Source of the DNA: a virus
Reading direction: 5' to 3' (one strand)
Virus record (IMG/VR): IMGVR_UViG_3300004369_000002
Coordinates: 32,001-96,000 of that record
Length of the DNA: 64,000 nucleotides
In this document: in pieces, positions 20,816-30,690 of the stretch
Layout of the letters: each line of letters opens with the position of its first letter
Position numbering within the stretch: position 1 is the first letter of the stretch
Made by a program: the position numbers and the translations under genes
The notes under the pieces: generated by a model
What the model was told of the DNA's origin: nothing
Databases searched by the model: none
What the model saw: the letters and a program-made list of their open reading frames with translations, nothing else

Positions 20816-21055
20816 ATGGAGGGTGAACAGAACGAGGAAATGGCCAAAATGGTTGACGATGCCTTTCCCGAAAGCATGGTCCTCAACTGGATTGTCATAG
20901 CCGAAACTGTCAACAGTGATGAAAGACATCTACAAATGGCGACAAGCGACGGCATGACAACATGGCTGGCGACCGGAATGCTAAACTGTGCCAACGAGAT
21001 AGTGATCAATCAGCACTACACCAATCAAGAGGAGTTTGACGATGGCGACAACTAA
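20816..21055 (+). CDS. small acidic hypothetical protein
   Basis: GGAGG RBS; WIVIAE...WLATGML pattern recalled from actinophage lysis regions. Confidence 0.55.
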   Translation: MEGEQNEEMAKMVDDAFPESMVLNWIVIAETVNSDERHLQMATSDGMTTWLATGMLNCANEIVINQHYTNQEEFDDGDN

Positions 21056-21374
21056 GCGCAAGCGAGCCAAGAAGAGCCAGGTCGGAGACCAGATGGCAAA
21101 AGGCGGCATCATGGCGCTCGTGGTCTACTTTGCCAACAAGGGCGACATCGACCCGGAACTCGTTGCAATCTGCATGCCCCTGATCGCAGGAATCATGGCA
21201 GTGGTCTCAACAAAAATTGGAGACCCCGCAATCGCATCGTTCTTCGATGTGGGCAAGAAGGACGCCGCAATTCCGGCTCCTGCAGCAGCGGAAGCAGCCC
21301 CCAAGGCCGAAGAGGCAGCCGCACCCGCAAAGAAGTCCGCAGGGCGACCCAAGAAGGCCGCACCCAAGAAGTAA
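21042..21374 (+). CDS. holin-like membrane protein with basic Ala/Lys/Pro tail
   Basis: two hydrophobic segments; AAPAKK-rich C-terminus. Confidence 0.45.
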   Translation: MATTKRKRAKKSQVGDQMAKGGIMALVVYFANKGDIDPELVAICMPLIAGIMAVVSTKIGDPAIASFFDVGKKDAAIPAPAAAEAAPKAEEAAAPAKKSAGRPKKAAPKK

Positions 21375-21392
21375 ACCAATCTCCGACAAGGG

Positions 21393-21430
21393 ACGGTGGG
21401 CGAGGCAGGTTATCCTGCCTCGTTTGCCGT
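21393..21430 (+). terminator. long RNA hairpin with G.U pairs
   Basis: ACGGTGGGCGAGGCAGG-TTAT-CCTGCCTCGTTTGCCGT. Confidence 0.65.
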
Positions 21431-21498
21431 TATCGGCACACTAGAAGTGATCCTTCTTGGGCTAAAATTATGCCAGGTAAACAGTTGGAGGGCTAACT

Positions 21499-21846
21499 GT
21501 GATCGCTGGCGTCTATAACATCAATCTTGACCAGGGCGCTACGTTCGAACGCCTACTCACGGTAAAAGACGCTGCCGATGCCCTCTATGACTTTACTGAC
21601 CATACGGCACGAATGCAGATTCGCGCCGAACTGGAAGACACTGATGTCCTGGCAGAACTGACGACCGAAAACGGCTACATAACGCTCGGGGGATCAGCGG
21701 GGACGATCAACCTCATGCTTCCACCCGTAGTGACGGCAACACTGGATCGTGATTGCGTCTACGACCTGGAAATCATCGACGGTCTCGGTCGCGTCTATCG
21801 ACTCCTTAAAGGAATTGTTCGTGTAGATGCCGAGGTCACCAGATGA
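21499..21846 (+). CDS. Ig-like fibre-anchoring structural protein
   Basis: DQGATF...YDFTDHTARMQIR...VYDLEI...RLLKG pattern common in phage virion adaptors. Confidence 0.6.
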   Translation: MIAGVYNINLDQGATFERLLTVKDAADALYDFTDHTARMQIRAELEDTDVLAELTTENGYITLGGSAGTINLMLPPVVTATLDRDCVYDLEIIDGLGRVYRLLKGIVRVDAEVTR

Positions 21847-22379
21847 GCAGCATTTCGGGATCAAAGATCGATGTAGAGGCACAAAATCTTCGCAACCGGG
21901 TCACGGTTGAAGAGCCGGAAGTTTCGGTAAATGTTGAGCAGATCAACAACATCATTTCCGTTACCGAAGAACCGACCGAAGTTCTAATCTCGCTTTTAGG
22001 GAGCCAAGGTCCTCGCGGTGGAACCATTTTGTATGGGACGACTTCTCCGCCGTCAATACAGTTGGGTGTTCCCGGGGATATTTACTTCGACCAAAACCAG
22101 TACCAGTTCTGGGGACCAAAGTATGTGGATCCTGCTGACGGCGCAGCAAAATGGCCCCAATTCCCATTTTTCACCATTTCGGTATCTCGGAGATATGTCC
22201 ACACACAAACAACCCCCAGCAACACCTGGCTGATCAACCACGACCTTGGTGGAGAACCTTCAATCTCAGTAGTGGATAGCGCAAAAACTATGGTCATCGG
22301 CGAGGTAAGATATATTAGTACAACGCAAATTGAGGTGCAATTTACCTCACCGTTTTCAGGGTTCGCATACCTAACGTAA
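21843..22379 (+). CDS. fibre connector protein
   Basis: QGPRG collagen-like remnant; YVHTQ...WLINHDLG...FSGFAYL domain. Confidence 0.55.
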   Translation: MSSISGSKIDVEAQNLRNRVTVEEPEVSVNVEQINNIISVTEEPTEVLISLLGSQGPRGGTILYGTTSPPSIQLGVPGDIYFDQNQYQFWGPKYVDPADGAAKWPQFPFFTISVSRRYVHTQTTPSNTWLINHDLGGEPSISVVDSAKTMVIGEVRYISTTQIEVQFTSPFSGFAYLT

Positions 22380-22395
22380 AGTGAGAGGGCGCTAA

Positions 22396-23895
22396 ATGGC
22401 GACTAGATTCGTAACAAATCTTGATCTGGTACAGAACCAGATCCTCAACGGACGCTTCGAAAGCGTTGCCAGCGACCCCAATACCGGCAACTTCGAAGGC
22501 CGGATGATCTATAACACCACCGAAGACACCATCAAGGTGTACTCGGGGTCCGCATGGCGGAAGATGCTGTGGGAAATCACCTCCGGAACCACAGCCCTCG
22601 TCCCCAGCGAAACCAACGGAAGCGTCGCCCTCACAATTGCCAATGTGACCAGCACCGTCGACGGCTTGATGTCCGCGACCGACAAGGTCAAACTGGATGC
22701 CTCCACCTCAAACAACACGGCCTCAACAATTGTTTTCCGAGATACCAACGGAGACTTCTCGGCTAATACCATCACTGCAGGAAAAGTAACTGGACTCAAC
22801 GCCCCTAGCGCTGATACGGACGCAGCCAACAAGGCCTATGTTGACGCTGCCAGGTCAGGGTTGGATGTCAAGGCATCCGTTCGCGTTGCAACGACAGGAG
22901 ACATCTCCCTGTCCAACGCCACAACCACCGTCGACAACATCACCCTAAATGACGGAGACCGAATCCTAGTCAAAGACCAGAACACAGGCTCCGAAAACGG
23001 CATCTACATCGTCTCCACCAGCGGAAACTGGTCACGAGCCACCGATGCCGATTCCAGCGCCGAAGTCACCTCCGGTTTGTTCACATTCGTTGCCGAAGGC
23101 GACGCCAACGCTGACTCCGGCTGGGTTTTGGCCACCAACGACACAATCGTCCTGGACACCACCAACCTGGTCTTCAACAAGTTCTCGGGTGCTGGCCAGA
23201 TTATCGCTGGTCTCGGCCTGTCCAAGAGCGGCGTTCAGTCTAACCAACTGGATGTGAATACCGATGGGACATCCATTGAAATCGACGGCAACGACGATGT
23301 TCGCATCGCTTCTGGGGCTGCTGGTGACGGCCTCGGTTGGAATACTGGTGTCCTGAGCATCAACATCGCCGCAACAGGTGGTTTGCAACTCACCTCGGAC
23401 GAAATTGAAATCAAACTCAACTCTGGGGTGTCGGGTCTCAACACGACCGCCAACGGTCTTGCGCTTGACTCGTCAATGGCTGGAACCGGCCTCACCTTCA
23501 CGACCGGAGTGCTGTCGGTCAACACGATTGACCTGACGAGCGCATCGGGTAACGGTGTTTCGGGTCTTCTACCCATCGCCAATGGTGGTACGAACGCTTC
23601 AACCGAGGCCGCCGCCCGAAGCACTCTTGCTTTTACCCCCGCTGGTTACAACACGAGCCAGGCAGTTCTTGCTCGTATCGCTGCGGTTGACTGCTCGGCT
23701 TCATCGGGAACCACCTCTGTCACTGCCGTGACACACAATTTCAATACCGCTGATGTTGTTGTGCAGGTATACGACACAGTTACCAACGACACAGTTATTG
23801 CTGATGTTGTTCGTGCAAACGCCAATGCGGTCACGGTCACAATCAATGGCTCGTTAATTGCCTCAGGTGACTACCGAATTGTTGTGACAGGCTAA
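22396..23895 (+). CDS. tail/head fibre protein
   Basis: DAANKAYVD...GLDVKASVRVAT...DRILVKDQ...ENGIY motifs; G.GL repeats. Confidence 0.75.
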   Translation: MATRFVTNLDLVQNQILNGRFESVASDPNTGNFEGRMIYNTTEDTIKVYSGSAWRKMLWEITSGTTALVPSETNGSVALTIANVTSTVDGLMSATDKVKLDASTSNNTASTIVFRDTNGDFSANTITAGKVTGLNAPSADTDAANKAYVDAARSGLDVKASVRVATTGDISLSNATTTVDNITLNDGDRILVKDQNTGSENGIYIVSTSGNWSRATDADSSAEVTSGLFTFVAEGDANADSGWVLATNDTIVLDTTNLVFNKFSGAGQIIAGLGLSKSGVQSNQLDVNTDGTSIEIDGNDDVRIASGAAGDGLGWNTGVLSINIAATGGLQLTSDEIEIKLNSGVSGLNTTANGLALDSSMAGTGLTFTTGVLSVNTIDLTSASGNGVSGLLPIANGGTNASTEAAARSTLAFTPAGYNTSQAVLARIAAVDCSASSGTTSVTAVTHNFNTADVVVQVYDTVTNDTVIADVVRANANAVTVTINGSLIASGDYRIVVTG

Positions 23896-23947
23896 GATTT
23901 CCACATAGGGCTTGAGGGCCCACTAACAAAGAGAAACGGTTGAGGTC

Positions 23948-24400
23948 GTGGCTCAGAGATTCACAACGCCAATATCTATCGCGCAGTTATCTTCTGCGTC
24001 ATCAGATGCTATCTCTGTGCTTGTCGACGGCGATGTCAGCCCTCGGGTCAAAGTAGAAGCAGGGGGACGCCTCACGTGGGGTGATGGAACATCTTCCGGC
24101 GATGTTGTTCTATATCGTGACTCTGCAAATCTCCTCAAAACTGATGACACCTTTCAGGCCACTGGCGGTGTCGCCACTATTACGAACCCCGGTCCTCCCC
24201 CGAACGCTCTTGTTCGCCCAGTCGGAACACTTCTCGTTGACTCAACCAACGACACCTTCTACTTCTATGGAACGCTCGGCTGGACGCAAATCGTCGGCGG
24301 AGAAGGCGGCGGTGGCGGTGGCGAACAAATCAATCTTGACGGTGGCGACTCCGACGAAATTTTCGGTGGCATCGTAAGCATTGATGGAGGAACCGCCTGA
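23948..24400 (+). CDS. fibre adaptor ending in DGG motifs
   Basis: LYRDSANLLKTD; C-terminal LDGG...IDGGTA. Confidence 0.55.
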   Translation: MAQRFTTPISIAQLSSASSDAISVLVDGDVSPRVKVEAGGRLTWGDGTSSGDVVLYRDSANLLKTDDTFQATGGVATITNPGPPPNALVRPVGTLLVDSTNDTFYFYGTLGWTQIVGGEGGGGGGEQINLDGGDSDEIFGGIVSIDGGTA

Positions 24401-26124
24401 TGGGTACCCGCATACAATTCCGTCGTGATTCATCGTCCAACTGGACAATAAATAACCCCGTTCTGGCCGAAGGAGAAATGGGGCTAGAACTTGATACACG
24501 ACGTATCAAAATCGGTAACGGTTTAGACAACTGGAACAACCTGCCGTACGGCATTGCGACTATTGGCATTGACGAACTTGTTGATGTCACAATCACCGAC
24601 CCGCAAGACGGCGAACTCATCGTTTACGACAGTGCAACTAGCACATGGGTCAATACATCAGCATCACTCGTAGCCGAACAAAATGACCTAACCGACACGG
24701 TCATCACCAACCCACAGCCGGGCCAATACCTTCAGTACGACGGCACACAATGGGTTAACGGGGTCAGCCCGACCGGTGAACCCCTGGGCCACGAGGACAG
24801 AACCACCAGTCACATTGCATTCGACTCTGGAACTCTCACGTTCTCCATTGAACCAAAGTTACCAGTAACAGAATTTGTGGTCTGGGTTGGTGGCATCAAA
24901 TACACCTACACAACCACGCAAAGCGTCACAATCCCTGATGTCACCGGCCTCTACTACTTCTACTTTAATTTGTCTGGTGCGCTGGCATACAAGACCACCT
25001 ACTTTGACTGGCCCGTTGAAGCGCCGACTGCCTACCTATACTGGAACGCAACGACAAGCACCGCAACATTCTTTGCTGACGAACGGCATGGCATCGTCCT
25101 TGACTGGCAAACCCACGAATACCTCCATCGAACACGAGGTGCGGCATTCGCAGCAGGCTTCAACATTTCGGGCGTCATCACTAATGGCGACGGAACCCTT
25201 GACACCCATGTTGAGTTCAGCCTAAGCAACGGAACATTTTTTGACGAAGACCTACAGGTCGACATCGTCGATTCAGCAACACCAACAGTTGACACCTGGG
25301 AGCAAGACCTATCCCCAGCGTCAATTCCTCTCTACTACCTGGATGGTACAGAGTGGGTGCGCGATTCAGCCAGCACTAATCCCGTCAAAAAGGGAACGAC
25401 CTTCGCTGTCTACAACGAACTTTCACTTGGCTCATGGCAACTTACAGAAGTCGCCAACGGTGCTTACGTTATTTCTTGGATTGTCGCAACAAACCAACTC
25501 AACACCCCGGTTATCGCCATCATGGGACAAGGCGAATACACCAACATCGGGGACGCCGAGGACGAAATCTGGGAAACAGTCAACCTAGACGACTTCCCAG
25601 CCTTTGAATTCCGACCGCTGTACAAACTCATCTACCAGACTGGCTCTTATGGAAATACCACAAACTCGCGGCTCAGGGGAGTCAATGACCTTCGTGGCGG
25701 AGGTACCTCAGGGAGTTCTGGGGCAGGGACAACCGACCACGGACTCCTCACTGGGTTGGCAGACGACGACCACACCCAGTACCTCAACAATTCACGGCAC
25801 AACAACCTTGACCATTCGGACGCACTGGCAACAGCCTCACTGAGCGACCTGGGCGATGTCACTCTCGCTTCTATCAACACCGATGAACTTCTTCGGTGGA
25901 GTGGTACCGCCTGGGTGAACACCGATGGCATTACGATTGCGTCCACGGGTGCTGTCACCTTCAACGGCGTCAACACCTTCCCAACCGCCGCAGGTGGACT
26001 CGGCCAGTATCTGGCATCTGATGGTGCAGGGAATCTCGTTTGGACAAACGCAGGCTCAACAGCCGGTGGAATCATTAACAGTTCCTCATCAGGTGCTGTT
26101 CTCATCATGGAGATTGGACCGTAA
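24400..26124 (+). CDS. fibre protein with Mtd/hyaluronidase-like N-terminal domain
   Basis: RIQFRRD...WT..NPVLAEGEMGLELDT..IKIGNG...W; L.DV repeats; DDHTQY motif. Confidence 0.75.
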   Translation: MGTRIQFRRDSSSNWTINNPVLAEGEMGLELDTRRIKIGNGLDNWNNLPYGIATIGIDELVDVTITDPQDGELIVYDSATSTWVNTSASLVAEQNDLTDTVITNPQPGQYLQYDGTQWVNGVSPTGEPLGHEDRTTSHIAFDSGTLTFSIEPKLPVTEFVVWVGGIKYTYTTTQSVTIPDVTGLYYFYFNLSGALAYKTTYFDWPVEAPTAYLYWNATTSTATFFADERHGIVLDWQTHEYLHRTRGAAFAAGFNISGVITNGDGTLDTHVEFSLSNGTFFDEDLQVDIVDSATPTVDTWEQDLSPASIPLYYLDGTEWVRDSASTNPVKKGTTFAVYNELSLGSWQLTEVANGAYVISWIVATNQLNTPVIAIMGQGEYTNIGDAEDEIWETVNLDDFPAFEFRPLYKLIYQTGSYGNTTNSRLRGVNDLRGGGTSGSSGAGTTDHGLLTGLADDDHTQYLNNSRHNNLDHSDALATASLSDLGDVTLASINTDELLRWSGTAWVNTDGITIASTGAVTFNGVNTFPTAAGGLGQYLASDGAGNLVWTNAGSTAGGIINSSSSGAVLIMEIGP

Positions 26125-26456
26125 TGGCAGTAGGAGATCGTTCTGAACTCAGGTTGGCTGGACCGGCTGGTATCGGCACTACCACAACCACAATGATGAC
26201 TGTTCCTGCGGGGAGCGTCTATGTGACCAAGCAGGTTCTGTTCACCAACACAAACGGTATTGATGCGTATATTACTGTCGCTATAGGCGACCCGGCTACG
26301 GCATCAAATTGTATTTTCTACAACCTTCCTATAGCGGGATTTGATACAACCGTCTTTGACACGGCTTTGGTTATTGATACCGGCGAAACCATTCAGGCTT
26401 TTGCTGATCGTGCCGGTGTAAACATGACGATCACCGGTTGGGACAAGGAGGTCTAA
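26124..26456 (+). CDS. ~110-aa 'TVP' beta-sandwich adaptor
   Basis: paralogous to the N-terminus of 28234 and to 39100. Confidence 0.6.
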   Translation: MAVGDRSELRLAGPAGIGTTTTTMMTVPAGSVYVTKQVLFTNTNGIDAYITVAIGDPATASNCIFYNLPIAGFDTTVFDTALVIDTGETIQAFADRAGVNMTITGWDKEV

Positions 26457-27199
26457 TGCCTCTTGATTCCGCTTTGGGTTTGCCTGGACAACGTCCAGGA
26501 GTTGTCACTTCAGTTACCCGACCAGTTAATCCTTTTGTCGGTCAGATGATCGTAGAGACCGATACGGGTCGACTAATGGTTTATACCTCTTCCGGCGAAT
26601 GGCGACAGGCGACAACCGGAACAGACGTCACCGCCACCCCGCCCGCAGGAGCCATCACAGGCGACTTGTGGTTTGATAACGAGTCCGCCGCCATGTACTG
26701 CTACTACGACGGCTTTTGGGTTGAAGTCACTGGGGTGGCATCAACAGAGGTTGCGGATGGCCAGATCACTTCAGCAAAACTTGCATCTGATGTTACAACA
26801 ACTCACTACGGAAAAGTTTTTTACGATTCATTCCCTGCGGTAGTTGACAACTCTTCTGGTACAGCGGCATATCAAACTCTCACTGATATGACAACTGCTT
26901 CTGGTGAAGGTTCAATGTCCTGGAACGCCACTAACGGCGAGTGGACAATTCCAGTAGACGGAGTTTATGCAGTTGAATTCATCACCAAAATGGGTGACGG
27001 AGCAACCTACGGTGACCTGAATGTGCGTGTGGATGTAAATGGGACTCAGGCGGGTACGACACTCACTGGCTTTGAAACCAACGACACCGTTTCCGAGAAG
27101 TGGCTACTCCCCTTGAGCGCCAATGACCTGGTTTCATTTGTTTATCGTGGTCAGATGCTTTATCCGCGAGCCAACATATACAAGATTTCGGTTGGGTGA
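26456..27199 (+). CDS. fibre protein with C1q-like tip
   Basis: TRP.NPFVGQMI.ETDT N-terminus; GEWTIPVDGVYAV...LSANDLV C1q/TNF-like pattern. Confidence 0.55.
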   Translation: MPLDSALGLPGQRPGVVTSVTRPVNPFVGQMIVETDTGRLMVYTSSGEWRQATTGTDVTATPPAGAITGDLWFDNESAAMYCYYDGFWVEVTGVASTEVADGQITSAKLASDVTTTHYGKVFYDSFPAVVDNSSGTAAYQTLTDMTTASGEGSMSWNATNGEWTIPVDGVYAVEFITKMGDGATYGDLNVRVDVNGTQAGTTLTGFETNDTVSEKWLLPLSANDLVSFVYRGQMLYPRANIYKISVG

Positions 27200-27204
27200 T
27201 GTAA

Positions 27205-28230
27205 ATGGGCTTGAAATCAACCGTACCTAACTCCCTGGCCCAGCCTGGCGTCTGCACTTCGATCACCCGACCCCTCGCCCCCTACGAGGGTCAAATAATC
27301 TACGAAACCGACACCGACAACGCCATGGTCTGGAACGGATCTGCGTGGATATTCATCCACGACGGAGCCTGGACAGCCAAAGGTGACCTGTTCGTCGGAA
27401 CCGCCGACTCAGACGGAGACATCATTGGGGTTGGAGCCAACAACACCCTACTGACCGCAGACAACTCCACCCCAACCGGCTTGGCGTGGAAATCAGACAT
27501 CAACGTAACATCAGTTACAACGAATGTTTTGTCCGCAGCAGACATAACCGGAGCAATCAGCGGCCAGATCATTATCAACGCCGTCAACAACACTGCGTCC
27601 ACGTTGACTAAAGGCTCCATTGTTTACATTTCTGGCGTCAACGCTTCGGCAACGCCAGAAGTAGAACTGTGTGACTACAACATTTCTTCAACCCTCCCGC
27701 CAGCAGGTTTAGTGTTCGCCGATATTACGGCTGGCCAAATAGGTCATGTTGTCGTGTTCGGTTTAGTGAGCGGCTTGGATACATCAGCCTTTGCGGCAAA
27801 TACGCAATTGTGGATGGATCCTGCTGGTGGACTTTCGGTAAACCAACCGATGGGCCCGGCAGAAGACATCTACACCATTGGTCGCGTGGTTGTTTCTGAT
27901 GCCACAAATGGCTCAATTCTTGTCACAAGCGGAATACCCAAAACAATTACTCCGAACACAATTAGTGTTGACGGTCCAATAACTACAGCCCTGTCCATCA
28001 CGTCGGATACAGCAAATGTGACGACGCATATATACGGTTTGGACATTACGGCCACGGGAACAATAACTGGGGCCAACCTTGCAGCAACCAATTCGCTCAC
28101 CGTCAACTCGGTAGAAATCGACCCTACTGGCGCGGACATCGATGAGGTGCTCGTGTTTAACGGAACAAAATTCGTACCAGCAAACATCGATACAGGCGGA
28201 AAAGCATTCGCCTACTTTATGGGAGCCTAA
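27205..28230 (+). CDS. fibre protein (PYEGQ motif, AKGD repeat)
   Basis: motifs shared with 26456 and 38478. Confidence 0.6.
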   Translation: MGLKSTVPNSLAQPGVCTSITRPLAPYEGQIIYETDTDNAMVWNGSAWIFIHDGAWTAKGDLFVGTADSDGDIIGVGANNTLLTADNSTPTGLAWKSDINVTSVTTNVLSAADITGAISGQIIINAVNNTASTLTKGSIVYISGVNASATPEVELCDYNISSTLPPAGLVFADITAGQIGHVVVFGLVSGLDTSAFAANTQLWMDPAGGLSVNQPMGPAEDIYTIGRVVVSDATNGSILVTSGIPKTITPNTISVDGPITTALSITSDTANVTTHIYGLDITATGTITGANLAATNSLTVNSVEIDPTGADIDEVLVFNGTKFVPANIDTGGKAFAYFMGA

Positions 28231-28233
28231 ACA

Positions 28234-29040
28234 ATGGCAGAAACATTCAAACTTCTCGGGTCGTTTGACTCTGCGAGCGACAACGTCTTAGATCCTTTTT
28301 ATACGGTTCCGTCTGGGCGTTCGTTTGTTGGGCGCGTATTCATAGCAAATAACTCACCGAGTGACGTGACAGTATCGCTCGCATTCAAGCCATCTAGTGG
28401 CGCACAGAAAACTGTTATTCCCAACGTCACAATCGCTGGATATTCGGTGATGGATTTCAATGGTCTTGCCGGTACTGCTGGCGACGCCATTTACGCCGAC
28501 ACGACCGCTTCCAATGTCACCTACACGGTGTTCGGCACGGAGATGTACGCGTCATCGGGCGATGTTTCAGTTGGCGGGTCGATCCTGGATTCAATCGTTA
28601 ACGCCAAGGGTGACCTGATTGTAGGATCTAGCGATAACGCTGTCGCTCGTTTCGGCGTAGGCGCTGACGGCTATGCCTTGGTGGCTGATGCTTCAACATT
28701 GTCGGGTCTTCGGTGGGATAACCTGCGCGCCCAAACGGTGTCCGTCAAGAGCACCGCGACGCACACTCTGGCCTTAGAGGATTCCAGTGAGATTTTGGAG
28801 TTCACGAACGCTGGCGGATGCCAAATCACCATCCCGACCAATGCGTCTGTCAACTTTCCAGTTGGTTCGCAAATCACGCTGGTTCAGGCGGCTGCTGGAC
28901 CGATTGAAGTCATTGCTGCTGGTGGCGTGACCCTGAACTCCAAGCAGGGGTACCGGGTTTCTGCTTTCCAATGGGTTGGTCTCGTCTTGTACCAGCGTGA
29001 AGTTGATAATTGGGTGCTGTTGGGAGACTTGGTGCCGTGA
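28234..29040 (+). CDS. fused TVP adaptor, AKGD repeat and C-terminal W.LLGDL domain
   Basis: internal paralogy with 26124, 15482 and 43473. Confidence 0.6.
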   Translation: MAETFKLLGSFDSASDNVLDPFYTVPSGRSFVGRVFIANNSPSDVTVSLAFKPSSGAQKTVIPNVTIAGYSVMDFNGLAGTAGDAIYADTTASNVTYTVFGTEMYASSGDVSVGGSILDSIVNAKGDLIVGSSDNAVARFGVGADGYALVADASTLSGLRWDNLRAQTVSVKSTATHTLALEDSSEILEFTNAGGCQITIPTNASVNFPVGSQITLVQAAAGPIEVIAAGGVTLNSKQGYRVSAFQWVGLVLYQREVDNWVLLGDLVP

Positions 29041-29603
29041 GTGTTTTTGCCGGGATTGTAAGTTCCAGCGGCACTGATGTGCCCGCCCAGGACTGGACGC
29101 TCATTGGAGAAGACCACATTGATGCGGGTACATCCAATGAACTTGCCGTGCTAGGTGGTGCGCTTTCCTATTCGTCAGTGAAGTTCATTGCTGACATTGA
29201 TTCCTCGGCATCGCAGACTTTGACAATTCATTTCCCGGATGACCCCAGCGATGCCAAATATTACGAGCAGACAATAACTGAATCAGGAATTTCAGAGGTT
29301 GGATGGGTCATCACAACAGTCTCAACACCTGGTGGTGGGCTTGCTTGCAATTTAGATTCAGCAGGTCGATATGTAATTTTTGGGGAAATAACACAATCCG
29401 ACATTCCGGGCACTTATGGGCGGGTCGTCATAAATCTTCAGCGCACAAATAGTGCCAGTGATTATCAGATGACCACCATTGAGGGGTGGATGATGACTGC
29501 TGGGCCATGGTCAACTGCAAACTTCACGATGAGTGGTACTACAGGCTTTAAAACTGGAAGTCGACTTTCCGTTTATTCATCACCTGCGAGCGTGACGGGA
29601 TGA
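29037..29603 (+). CDS. triplet tip protein 1A
   Basis: GTGA overlap; ends GSRLSVYS. Confidence 0.55.
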   Translation: MSVFAGIVSSSGTDVPAQDWTLIGEDHIDAGTSNELAVLGGALSYSSVKFIADIDSSASQTLTIHFPDDPSDAKYYEQTITESGISEVGWVITTVSTPGGGLACNLDSAGRYVIFGEITQSDIPGTYGRVVINLQRTNSASDYQMTTIEGWMMTAGPWSTANFTMSGTTGFKTGSRLSVYSSPASVTG

Positions 29604-30133
29604 GCGCAGTTCTTTTGGATGTTCTTGGGCCACCTGCGGCTGGCTGGGGCAACTGGGATATACCGTTGGATTATGTCGGTTTCAAACATATAGGAATCAA
29701 AGCATGTTTGAGGTCTAACGACCCAGAGGGAATTTCAATTATATTTTTGAACAGCCTATTAGACCCAATTACCCAGGTGGAGTACGGGCAAATGTCTCGC
29801 ACCAACCCTTCCTTTAATTTGCCAAACGGGATAAGCCTTGATTACCCTCCTCCAACGTTCTGTTACGTCGCTGGGTCAAGCGACCTATTTCCAACCTATC
29901 TTGATATAACAATTTATGATTTTTCAACCTCTGATACATTTTCGTCAGCCACCTGCACTGCATTGACCCCATCGGTTGACTCTACAGAGGAAATTGTATC
30001 CGGACAGGCACAACTACTGACTACGGACCCAGTGTCATACATTCGTTTACCTCACGCTAGTGAGTTTGGAGAGGGAGAAGTTCTGGGGTATGACGCACTC
30101 AGCGAAGTAAAAGTATTCGGTTACAGAGGTTAG
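29600..30133 (+). CDS. triplet tip protein 1B
   Basis: FKHIGIKACLRS...SEVKVFGY. Confidence 0.55.
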   Translation: MSAVLLDVLGPPAAGWGNWDIPLDYVGFKHIGIKACLRSNDPEGISIIFLNSLLDPITQVEYGQMSRTNPSFNLPNGISLDYPPPTFCYVAGSSDLFPTYLDITIYDFSTSDTFSSATCTALTPSVDSTEEIVSGQAQLLTTDPVSYIRLPHASEFGEGEVLGYDALSEVKVFGYRG

Positions 30134-30135
30134 TT

Positions 30136-30681
30136 ATGTCTCTTACACTCATGCAAAAAGTAGACCTATCTTCGGATACAGCAGAAATCAACTTTAGCAA
30201 TATTGGCGGTTTCTCTAATCTGATGATTATCGCGAGTCTACGAAGCAACTACGCAACATCTAGTACAGATGGTATTGCAATCCGACTTAACCAAATAGCA
30301 ACTGGATTCCAGTCAATTGACGTTAAATCTCAAGTAAGTTTTGACAGAGATCTTTTTGAGGACAACAGCACGTTCTATCAAAATGCTCCAATCATCACCA
30401 ATGAAGCCGCTGGCGGTCGAACTGCAACAGCCTTAAGTACATCAGGGGTCAAGGGAACATCTCAAATTCTCTTTCCGTCATACTCTGAATCTGGTTGGTT
30501 GAAGTGCATTATGGCTGAGTACAAGTTTTATGAATCGACTAGCACAGACTTTGTGATGGGTAAAGTTGGAACAACCTGGAACAGCACTGTCCCCATCAAC
30601 ACCATCACCCTCTACCCAGCAGACGGCTCAGCCTGGGAAGCAGGTTCTGTCGCCACCCTCTACGGACTCCAAGCATCATAA
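30136..30681 (+). CDS. triplet tip protein 1C
   Basis: INFSNI..FSNLMIIASLRS...GSVATLYG. Confidence 0.6.
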   Translation: MSLTLMQKVDLSSDTAEINFSNIGGFSNLMIIASLRSNYATSSTDGIAIRLNQIATGFQSIDVKSQVSFDRDLFEDNSTFYQNAPIITNEAAGGRTATALSTSGVKGTSQILFPSYSESGWLKCIMAEYKFYESTSTDFVMGKVGTTWNSTVPINTITLYPADGSAWEAGSVATLYGLQAS

Positions 30682-30690
30682 GGATTCGCC

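Noticed and set aside
20816-21374. Complete lysis cassette
   Set aside because: No endolysin recognisable nearby; the holin call is tentative
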